A stretch of DNA of 40,762 bases from Nemertoderma westbladi (Eukaryota; Animalia; Xenacoelomorpha), in NCBI GenBank assembly GCA_032718475.1, contig JAUCBJ010001670.1, positions 1 to 40,762 on the forward strand, given 5' to 3'. Positions 1 to 8,963 of this stretch are shown one piece after another. Position 1 is the first letter of the stretch. Every line of letters begins with the position of its first letter. The translations under genes and the position numbers were made by a program. The notes under the pieces were generated by a model. It worked only from the letters and a program-made list of their open reading frames with translations. It had not been told where the DNA came from and searched no databases.

Positions 1-221
1 AGCAAGCGCCCCATAGGGGCATATATTTATTCTAATTATAATAAATCGGTAAAAACACCAATAGATAAAAATAAGTAAAACCAGGAAACTCATGAAACAT
101 TGCATATATATAAATCAATTTCATAAAAGTGTTAGTAAGTTAAGTTGATAAGTTTAAGTTTATTTACTACATGGGATACAAGCGGGATAAAAGCAATTTA
201 AAATTAAATAATTTATTATAA

Positions 222-3071
222 TTATAATTTTGAGAGGTAAAAGGCTTGTCTCAACGGTGTACTTAGTTTCGGCAGTTTGGGACATGTCTTGTAATGGTGG
301 GTTTCCGAACACGAGTTATCACACCAATTGCAAACACATAGTGGGCTCGATCTCCAGCAATTTCTTGTCGAGCAGAACTTGTGATGGTAACCGTTGGCTA
401 CCAGTTGGGCTGCGACCCTCCTTCGTACTCCAAACAGACCTTCCAGGTTGATATCCGTTGGGTCGGAGTGCGGGTTATCTATTTTAGTTAGAATAGCCGA
501 AGTTGATGCGTACTTTGATATACCACACCATTGTTTCCAGTAAAAACCTCTCACTTTTTGAACATGTACTAAATCACTTACTTCAATATTACTATCAAAG
601 ATGTTACACCCATAAGTTATTGTTGGTATTACAATTGATAACCATAGTAATTTAGCAGTTTCTATAGTAACGCTAGATAAGCATATCTTGACATTTAAAC
701 GTACACAACATGCTAAACCTTTTCTGTATAGATGTTCATAATGATTAGAAGCACCATTTTTAGTGGAAAAGACTACACCTAGATATTCAAACTTGTTTTG
801 AAATGTTAAATGTACACCATTATATAACAAAATATCGTTACGACAGAGTTTACCGCCTCTTCTAAATTTGACTACTTTAGTCTTATCAATATTTACCTTT
901 AAATCATTTTGTAAACAATATAAATATAATTTATCTAAGCTTTGTTGAATATCGGATATGCTTGTTCCTACTATAACTAAATCATCTGCGTATAATAAAC
1001 ACCAGCAGGCTGCTACAATAATAGAACAAGGTAAATCTGAAATAAATAAACTAAAAAGAAGGGGGGACAATTTATCCCCTTGTAAGACTCCAACCGTTTG
1101 TGGTATTGGATCAAGCAAATAGGCACCAATGCAAATTCGTACAAAATTTATGGCTAGAATCGACCATAAAGCTAGCAAAAACTTTCGGCTAACCCCTAGG
1201 CAAGATAATTTGCAAATTAGTTTCTCTCTATTAACCGTATCGAACGCTTTCGAAAAGTCTATAAACACACAGTAAATTGACCCTCCACTGACTGATAGCA
1301 CTGAACCTATGGCATCATAAAGCAATTTTACAGCCATTAGCGTGGAACGGTTCTCCCTGAAACCGTACTGCTCGTCCGGCAAGATTTGATTTGTTTCCGC
1401 CCATGTATATAGACGTCTCGCTAGTATTGCTGTGTAGCATTTCAATTGGTGGCATAGTAGAGCGATGCCCCGATAGTTTGTGGGTGCCGACTTGGAACCC
1501 TTCCCCTTGTAGAGCAATATCAGATAAGCAGACAGCCATATCATTGGACATTGAGCGAATTCGAAGCACATGGTGAACAGAGTAATTAAATATGGAAGGA
1601 GATAAATAAACCCACTAATTAGAGACTCATTACTTATTCCGTCGGGTCCTGTCGCTTTCTTTGGCTTCTGACTGGATACCGAATCGATGACTTCTGAGTC
1701 TAGAATTTGTGAGTCCAGAGATGGACAGTGTGTGTCCGGCACATCAGGAAATGTGATTGTTGGTTGTTTGGCAGAAAGTAACGAGGTAAAGTGGTCTACC
1801 CAATGTTCCTCAGGAACTTGGTTGCTTACTGGCTTTGGTTGCGGTTTACTTTTCAAAATATTCCAAAACTCGGATTTATCTGATTCGCATTTTTCTAGCA
1901 TTTCGAATTCTTTACTTAACTTATATTGTTTCTTTTTCTTGATAATTAGAAGCTTGTATTTGCGTTTAGCTTGCATATGCTGCTCTCTAATTGGTTGGTT
2001 GTCCGGATTGTCTTGCATCACTCTGAACGAGGATTCCACTTCGCCTTTCATTCGGTAGCAGTCTTTGTCAAACCACAGCTTGGATCTCCGTTGTTTCGGC
2101 GGAATTGCAGCAGTTTGTATCGAGACGTTGATAAGTTCAGATAATTTATCAACACCCATCGTCAACGCCTCCGATATGTCGGTGGTATGTAGCGTTTCAG
2201 CGAGTTTTCCTACATCGATACGCCTAATAGCCGGTTCTCGGCGATCTTTAAGTTCCGTGTGGTTGCTGCCAATGAGAACATTTACTCGCTGGTGTTTCGT
2301 GTTATATGTGGGAATAACTGTAATCTCATTGATATTATCCTGGATATTCGAATCAACGAACAACAGATCAATAACACTATTCCCATTCCAGCATTGGTAG
2401 GTTGGGAGTACCGGGTCATTAATACAGTGTAAGTGGAGCCCAAGTAATCCACAGCAAAGTGTTTCACCTCTATTTGATACACCGTCGAGACGACAATTAA
2501 AATCACCACCTATAATGATAGGTTTAGAGTTTTTGGATTTGATTGTGTTGATTGTAAATACCATTTCCAAGATAATTTCTGATACATCTGTGTTCGGTTC
2601 ATAATAGCAACAAACGAAGTTATACTCTCCACAAATTATTCCTAGAATATTATTGCTACGGAACAGTTCTTTGTGCACAACCTTCTTTGCAGCACTAACA
2701 GCAATCGTAATACCACCGGTTGGTCTACCTGCACCCTGATTTCTATTGCATGGAATATTGTATGTTTTATATCCTGGAATATCAAGATCGTCTTCGAATG
2801 TTTCTGTAAGCATCAACACATCAGTCTCGGCAAAAGTATCATCGATAGTTGTTTCTATTGTTGATTTAGCACCCTCCACATTCCATAATATAACTTTCCA
2901 TGCGAAGGAGTTGTTGGACGGTTTGGGTATCAGTGGAAACGGGAGTGCTTGTAATATTTTATAGTTTTCTGCAGCGTTAAAACGTAGACAATGTTTATGA
3001 TGTTTAAGCAGACTTGCCTTATACCTGTAAGGTTTGAGACAACCTGTACATTTTAAAGTAGAGTCTACCAT
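222..3071 (-). CDS. LINE ORF2: N-terminal zinc finger, APE endonuclease, reverse transcriptase, C-terminal Cys/His knuckle
   Basis: 949-aa uninterrupted ORF. APE motifs WNVEG, LTET, GDFN, SVIDL; RT motifs KATGPDGI, NYRGIAL, QYGFR, FIDFSKAFD, GVLQGDKLSP, YADD, YLG; C-terminal CNWC...ETHHYKTC. Confidence 0.95.
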   Translation of the reverse strand: MVDSTLKCTGCLKPYRYKASLLKHHKHCLRFNAAENYKILQALPFPLIPKPSNNSFAWKVILWNVEGAKSTIETTIDDTFAETDVLMLTETFEDDLDIPGYKTYNIPCNRNQGAGRPTGGITIAVSAAKKVVHKELFRSNNILGIICGEYNFVCCYYEPNTDVSEIILEMVFTINTIKSKNSKPIIIGGDFNCRLDGVSNRGETLCCGLLGLHLHCINDPVLPTYQCWNGNSVIDLLFVDSNIQDNINEITVIPTYNTKHQRVNVLIGSNHTELKDRREPAIRRIDVGKLAETLHTTDISEALTMGVDKLSELINVSIQTAAIPPKQRRSKLWFDKDCYRMKGEVESSFRVMQDNPDNQPIREQHMQAKRKYKLLIIKKKKQYKLSKEFEMLEKCESDKSEFWNILKSKPQPKPVSNQVPEEHWVDHFTSLLSAKQPTITFPDVPDTHCPSLDSQILDSEVIDSVSSQKPKKATGPDGISNESLISGFIYLLPYLITLFTMCFEFAQCPMIWLSAYLILLYKGKGSKSAPTNYRGIALLCHQLKCYTAILARRLYTWAETNQILPDEQYGFRENRSTLMAVKLLYDAIGSVLSVSGGSIYCVFIDFSKAFDTVNREKLICKLSCLGVSRKFLLALWSILAINFVRICIGAYLLDPIPQTVGVLQGDKLSPLLFSLFISDLPCSIIVAACWCLLYADDLVIVGTSISDIQQSLDKLYLYCLQNDLKVNIDKTKVVKFRRGGKLCRNDILLYNGVHLTFQNKFEYLGVVFSTKNGASNHYEHLYRKGLACCVRLNVKICLSSVTIETAKLLWLSIVIPTITYGCNIFDSNIEVSDLVHVQKVRGFYWKQWCGISKYASTSAILTKIDNPHSDPTDINLEGLFGVRRRVAAQLVANGYHHKFCSTRNCWRSSPLCVCNWCDNSCSETHHYKTCPKLPKLSTPLRQAFYLSKL

Positions 3072-3125
3072 AGAGATTCGTAGCGGAGGCTGCGGAGTTT
3101 CGGTCAGTTTTCGTGGTTCAGAGCG

Positions 3126-3881
3126 TCATTCCACATGATCCCGTCGAGGGAGATGGACCCCTTGGTACGCCGAACGGGGACGGAGTCCAAACGCAGCCCT
3201 CTCCTCTTCAGATAGTTTGTAATTTCGAATAGTCATACCTTGGCTCCAGAGGGAGGGATCCATTAGAATTCCTCGTTTATCTTGTTTACACACAAGGTGG
3301 AAACTTATGAACATTGAATCATCTCTTGGTTGTATCGGAATAACCTCGTCGAAACTGATATTCTCTGCCGTCAAGTGGTCAATTATGTTCTCTTTTGTAA
3401 CGGAGGGATGGAGTCGTCCAATATGGATGTGCGCCTGTCGTTCCGCATCGGAAATGGAGGGCGGCGGTTCCGCAACGCGTAGTGGTCCATCCTGCCTCGT
3501 TCCAATAATGGCAGAGGGACGGCGGTTGAATGGGGCGGTGTGCGGTGTGAGAGTGTCAGGCGCCTGTGCCCGGCGTCGGAGTTCATCGGGATTTGAAACG
3601 GCTGATCTTGGGTTGCTTACAGCTTCACTATAAGTTGGTTTCTGGGATTTCTGGTTTATCGCGCGAAGTTGATCCGTACGGTCTATTATCTCATTCTTAG
3701 CAATTATTGTTTCTTCATGCGCACTGTTCAGCCTTGCAATAGTTATTGTGTACAGGGAAGTCATTGACATTAGGATATCTACGAAGGCTTTTTCTTCGTC
3801 GTTGGTTACGTTTTTCTTCGTTTTGATAGTTCGCAGCATTGAAACCGCGTCGTTCTGGAGTTTAATAAACTCTTCCGCCAT
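3126..3881 (-). CDS. LINE ORF1 (coiled-coil-like N-terminus, RRM-like C-terminal domain)
   Basis: 251 aa directly upstream of ORF2; TYSEAV motif and HIGRLHPSVT...SFHL...DPSLWSQGMTIR block resemble ORF1 of CR1/L2-group-like LINEs. Confidence 0.8.
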   Translation of the reverse strand: MAEEFIKLQNDAVSMLRTIKTKKNVTNDEEKAFVDILMSMTSLYTITIARLNSAHEETIIAKNEIIDRTDQLRAINQKSQKPTYSEAVSNPRSAVSNPDELRRRAQAPDTLTPHTAPFNRRPSAIIGTRQDGPLRVAEPPPSISDAERQAHIHIGRLHPSVTKENIIDHLTAENISFDEVIPIQPRDDSMFISFHLVCKQDKRGILMDPSLWSQGMTIRNYKLSEEERAAFGLRPRSAYQGVHLPRRDHVE

Positions 3882-4015
3882 AGTACAGTAGTAATTATGT
3901 ATTATAAAATCAATAATAAAATATATAAAATTACACGGCAGACCGGTATTATGTATTCAGCTGGTGCAGACAGTGGTGCAGATGCTGTACTTGGTATTAA
4001 ATAAATATAATATAT

Positions 4016-4862
4016 GTGGCTGGCCACGAGAAAAGGGACCTTATGTCACCGGAGGTCGATTTTGAGTTATTAGGCCTATGAGATGCAGAATTTTCCAGAG
4101 ATTTTAACAAAAAAAACGGTGTCTCAATATCTATTTCTAAAAAAAAGTTATAGCGATTTATGTGAAGGTGAATCGGGTAGCAAAAAATTTTTTATTAATA
4201 GCGGTTATAATAAGCGGTTATTTAAAAAAATGGAAAATATTAATAATATCATAGCAATTCTTACTATATAGTTAGCAGCTCAATGTTATTCGGCTTTTTA
4301 TACAACTTTTAACACTTTGAAACTATTAATATTGTTCATGAACTATTTTAAAAAAAATTTTGCAAAATTTTCAAAAAAACATGTAAGCAAAAAAAAAATT
4401 TTTTTTAATTGAAAATTTTTTAAAAAAGATAAATTTTTTAATTTTTAAAATTATTTGTATTTTAAATTCTTCATTTGGATTACAAAATTTACGAACTAAC
4501 GAAGATAAATTAAGAAAATGACAACCATATTGCATTTAAAAAATAAAATTTTTTAAAAAATATTTAAAAATAAGGCCTACCTACCCGTATTAGTACCATT
4601 TATTAAAGTCCTAAATTCAGACATGAAAACCCTAAGACAGTGTTATATTATACAATACTGCAACATCTTACATTGCTTCCTGTAATTAGTTATTTCCTAG
4701 GTATATTGAATATCAGAACCAATTTGAATTTCCCTCATCGTTTTATGCATTTCGAAATTGATAATCCAATTAAATTTGTTCAAAAATAGAGGGAAACTTT
4801 AAACGCGATTATCTCAGAATCAGGTTTTGCGACATAAGGTCCCTTTTCTCGTGGCCAGCCAC
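4016..4862. mobile_element. Non-autonomous TIR DNA transposon (MITE-like, possibly Sola1-type)
   Basis: Perfect 32-bp TIRs GTGGCTGGCCACGAGAAAAGGGACCTTATGTC at 4016-4047 and its reverse complement at 4831-4862; ATAT on both flanks; AT-rich non-coding interior. Superfamily guess rests only on the AWWT-type flank. Confidence 0.9.
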
Positions 4863-5019
4863 ATATATATACATAATATATAATATATATATAAATAATA
4901 TAATATACAATTACAAAAAAAACAATACAATGCTCTGCTCTGCTCATCTTAGGGTTGCAGTAACATAACTCTTTTAATTTGGGTTTGGGCCGCTATTCTG
5001 TAAGTTAAGATTTCCAGTA

Positions 5020-5099
5020 CCCCCCCCCCCCCCCCTAATATTCCCTAAATCGAGACTGGGTGGGAGGGGGAGGGGGGTGGGGGGGGGGGGGTGGGGGGG
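5020..5099. repeat. Poly-C run followed by G-rich run
   Basis: Long C tract near 5020-5035 and G tracts near 5058-5099. Confidence 0.85.
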
Positions 5100-5589
5100 C
5101 TGGGCACAAATCATATCTCAGGTGAATTAATATCACCAAACCACTGGCTGTCTGGTACGCTAACACTACAGTATAACTATGAAATGATCCATCCGATCTG
5201 ACTTCCCTTCAGCCTTCCACTTGCTTCGAAAAGTTTCTGTAACGGTATTCGGTCCGGACCGACCGAATTCGGGGCGAACATAAATATAAGCCCGAGTTAT
5301 TGTGTGGTACAGTAGCTCGGATCAGTAGGCAGGTAGGCCTACCGCTTAAATGTGTCAATGTCAACATAGCCGGGCACCAAGTGATGGCGGAGTAAGTTAC
5401 TTCATAAAACCGACACACTGGCAGCTTGGCGTCGATGTCATAATAGTCCACTATTGTCAGACTACTCAAATCGTTCCATGCATTCTCCATTCGTCGGTTA
5501 GTCCAGTCTGCCCATCACCAATAAACCAACTGTCAGACAGTCTAGATTTCCTCAAGCGTTAAAGATCTGATCGGAGATCAGAAATAAAA

Positions 5590-5760
5590 TCACCGCCCAC
5601 GAAAACCTCTAGAATGAAAATTTTAGTTAGGTGTTGTCATTCTTACATTTTTGACAGACTGTCATGGACAGACAGACCGACAGAAATACAGGCATTTCCT
5701 TTTTTTTCCCTTACAGGCATGGCTTTTCCTTTGACCTTAACCTAAAATTTGATCGTAATT
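5590..5760 (-). mobile_element. Possible DINE/HINE-like repeat fragment
   Basis: (GACA)-type microsatellite at ~5653-5683 and a TTGACCTT motif; no termini found. Confidence 0.3.
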
Positions 5761-5814
5761 CATCAAAAAAATTTCGAAAACAAATTGTTTGCATTGTTGT
5801 TTGGGTGCCCTACA

Positions 5815-6187
5815 CCCTTAATGAACCCTTGATATGTACTCAACCTTGATCTTGCCGAAAAATATATACATCTCAGTATCTGTAGTAGGTCTCCGTTTCC
5901 TTGTAATAAATAGTTATTACTCGTTTTTAAGTGTAAATTCTTGTACGTATTAGGGCGTATGGGGATGCGATATATTTATATCAGTTTTAGATATTAGTTT
6001 TGTTTGTTGATAGAGACATTGATAAAGTCCACTGTAACTGTTATTGAGTGTTACAGCACCTACCTGATCGCTCTCAAGCTCTAGTCTCCTTTATCTTTAC
6101 TCACCATCATAGTATTTATATGTTTGCCATACGAAAACATAGTCCAAAGTAAAAGAAAATTACAACTTCATTAACAGTGCCTATATT
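5815..6187. repeat. Diverged local duplication, copy 1 (partner 17554-17991)
   Basis: Colinear similarity across the block, including a 58-bp exact match 5983-6040 = 17775-17832. Confidence 0.9.
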
Positions 6188-6254
6188 GCTATATTCATGT
6201 TACTTCATGTTATGAAACATATTTTATAATTATCCCAATTGAATTGAATTTAAT

Positions 6255-6402
6255 TGTGGCGTTCCATGTTGTAGAACCTTTGACCCAACCAACTGTGGCA
6301 TTCCATGTTGTGGAATCTTTGGCCCAGACAACTTTTAGCGTTTCATGTTGTGGAACAGTTAACCCATTCAACTGTGGAGTTCCATGTAGTGGAACCCTTG
6401 AC
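6255..6402. repeat. Degenerate ~39-bp tandem repeat, ~4 copies
   Basis: Units TGTGGCRTTCCATGTTGTGGAAC... start near 6255, 6294, 6334 and 6373. Confidence 0.75.
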
Positions 6403-7913
6403 AAGTCTTTTACAATTGTATAAATTATGAGTAGACGCTTTGAATCATTGCATTGGATTGGGGTCGGGAGTCTTTCAAGCGCCTGGAAGCCATAGTTGAA
6501 TTTATACTCCCGACCCCCCGCAGACATGGAAATAGTGCATGTTAACTTGTATATCGATAGTTCACGTCCCCAGGGCCTACCAACCAACAATTCCAATCAA
6601 CCGCAACAACTGTTCGGAACAAGATATCGGGTAGTATTTCCAGGTCTACCTTTTACAGTATCTAAGACACTATCAGAATGGTTATCCTTCCAACCTGGAG
6701 GTCACCAGTTCGATCCCACCTGGACGTCATTGCCGAATTTGCTAAGCTGTTCCAAATGAAAATTATAAAAATATGAAACCTTTCATTCACCCAAAAACAC
6801 CAATAATAATTCAATGTGGGCAATTGTTCAATGTGGGTATTCAATTGGGCAGCTATGTTTGCGAGCCGTCTGCAACCGAAGTCGAGTTAACAAGCATCGG
6901 ATGGCTGGTTATTGCGGCGTGTTAATTGGCAAAATGCGCGCCACATGGGTTCGGATTAGGGCCTATGTTAGGCCTCAGGTTTACTTACGCCCATGCGAAG
7001 AATACCATGATTTCACTTTTCGGTCGACTTTTTATTGGAATTTTTATGTGAAGATTTTTTATTTTTTTAATTTATCTTTATTAAATGTTTTATAGCGCTT
7101 ATTTCTATCTTATAACCTGTACATATATACTAATTCGTTTATTGTTTTGGTTAGATTCAGCCCTTCTGGAACCTGTGTTTTTGGTGAAAACCTGGTATTC
7201 TTCACATGGGGGTAACTGCAAAGTGAAATATAACGGCAGTAAGTCTGGTATTCTTCATATGAGCCTTTACTTATGTATTTCGAATCAAGCATGGCGTAAT
7301 AGGTGCCATCAATGTAAAAGCTTCTGCGGCCTAAAATGCACATTTTAGTATCGATAAGCTAGTCTACTCCAAACTTTATAAAATGTCAGATCCATACGCA
7401 CCGACGTGTTCGATTCCAGTACACACCAAAAGATAAACAGCCAATAAAATCTACTGTTCATTTTCTTTGTTCTGCTTTCTTTGTTGGAGTATCAACAATG
7501 ACGCACGGAGCTTTCTATTGGAAGTTGATAAGCAACTGGCCATGACGTCATGATTTCTCAGTATTTCGAGGTTCAACTTGGCCGGAAGCTCATTGTTCTG
7601 TTTTTGCTGATAGCAGCAGGACGGATTTTAGCCTATTAACATCTTGGCCGAATGTGTAGAATCATAGTAATTTATCGGGTCTTGATTAACACTGCGGACT
7701 TGACTGTTGGATCCACCAAATAACTGAATGGACTGATTACTGCTGTACAGTATTTGTATACTGTATAATATTTGCCGATTAACTATGTAAATATTTTGTT
7801 ATGATAAAAATAAATATCGCGAAATTATTAACGATTGCACGTTTACTAAACTGTGTTTACAGTAGCGAACCGCAATTGTGAAAGTAATCCCTTACCTGCG
7901 ACCAGTATCTTGG

Positions 7914-8047
7914 AGCCCTTGGGACAGAGAGTGGAGTGACTCGTGCGCGCTGGTTATCGTTGTCATTTTGTAGCTACTCCGTTGGCGTAAACAAAATATA
8001 GCGACGACGGTATATCAGCGCTGAGGATCTCAGGCTGTCCAGGGGCT
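7914..8047 (+). other. Putative branched RNA structure in the leader of the decayed ORF
   Basis: By-eye pairings: 7914-7927 with 8035-8047; 7947-7964 with 8003-8021 (several G-U); 7965-7971 with 7991-7997; small hairpins near 7929-7942 and 8021-8033. Confidence 0.5.
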
Positions 8048-8111
8048 GGTTGGGGAGCCAGGCAGCGACGCCTGCTAGCCTTCTATTATCGACGATAAAC
8101 TCCCATATACA

Positions 8112-8963
8112 ATGACTGAATTGATAGAAGACCTTAGTATTAAGGAGATATATATGCGACCTCTACAAGCGTTTCTCGATAGTTTGTTGAGCGGTGATGC
8201 TAGTCAACCTACGACTGCGTATGATGGACATTAAATCGAACCACTGATGACCAAGGATCAGCTTAAGTGAGAACTCGATTATAGAAAATTCACCTCGCGC
8301 TATATGCATCGCAATGGTACGTATATGGATTTCTTAACTACTGGTCATCCTATCGATCTAAATGATACTGATGCTCTGGATATGGAAACATAGATGGTTC
8401 TATTCAAGTTTCACGCCCAATGGAGTCAGAACGACAAATTGCGAATCGATCATGATATCGACCTCGAACGCGTTTATTCTCTACCAGGGTTTTGGGGAAA
8501 ACTCATTCGACCAGAAGAGGAGAATCAGCGAGAGGAGAAGCATATCGCGATTGGCGCAGTTTATAGTCTCACGAGTGTTCCTCTCCATTCTTCCTTAGCA
8601 ATCTACGCCATATTTGAGAACACATCACTTTCCGGATGGTTAACCGATGTGTGCAGCCGAGTGATACGTTCTCATTCCTTCATCTTGGGAAATAAACTCC
8701 CCAAATACGAGCGTAATAAGAACACAATATGTTCATTCGGTTTCAATGTTTTAGGTGCTTTCTGACTCCGTTTCGGAACGTTGATAGTCAGTTTAAAGAC
8801 CATGCACTGACCAAGCTCAGCCTCCGGGACGCCGCCACTGAGAAACTGGTTAGCATTGGGTTTGCCATCTTTAAAGATGTTTGCACCCAGAACACGCATT
8901 CCTCCATCCTGCAGCGACCCCCAGATACCCTCGGGATACTCAGTAACGGAGATTCAAATCGAA
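8112..8963 (+). pseudogene. Decayed intronless ORF of unknown family, segment 1 (possible endogenous viral element)
   Basis: ATG 8112, MTELIEDLSIKEIYMRPLQAFLDSLL..., three isolated in-frame stops, frameshift near 8729, ends at RTE TSD TTCAAATCGAA (8953-8963). Confidence 0.65.

Larger units (their letters stand above)
1..4015 (-). mobile_element. Near full-length two-ORF APE-RT LINE (clade uncertain); 5' boundary unresolved, 3' tail probably just outside the window
   Basis: ORF1 (3126-3881) and ORF2 (222-3071) in tandem on minus; AT-rich 3' UTR 1-221 ending in a GCCCC-ATA-GGGGC hairpin at 8-20. No TSD identifiable. Confidence 0.85.

Noticed and set aside
5209-5490. 93-aa minus ORF, and similarly the short ORFs at 6210-6596 and 7110-7343
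   Set aside because: No recognisable domain or consistent splice model; left uncalled.
7884-7895. Reovirus-like conserved segment termini around the fossil ORF
   Set aside because: The motifs are only 4-5 nt and the insertion boundaries are not defined; no real support.
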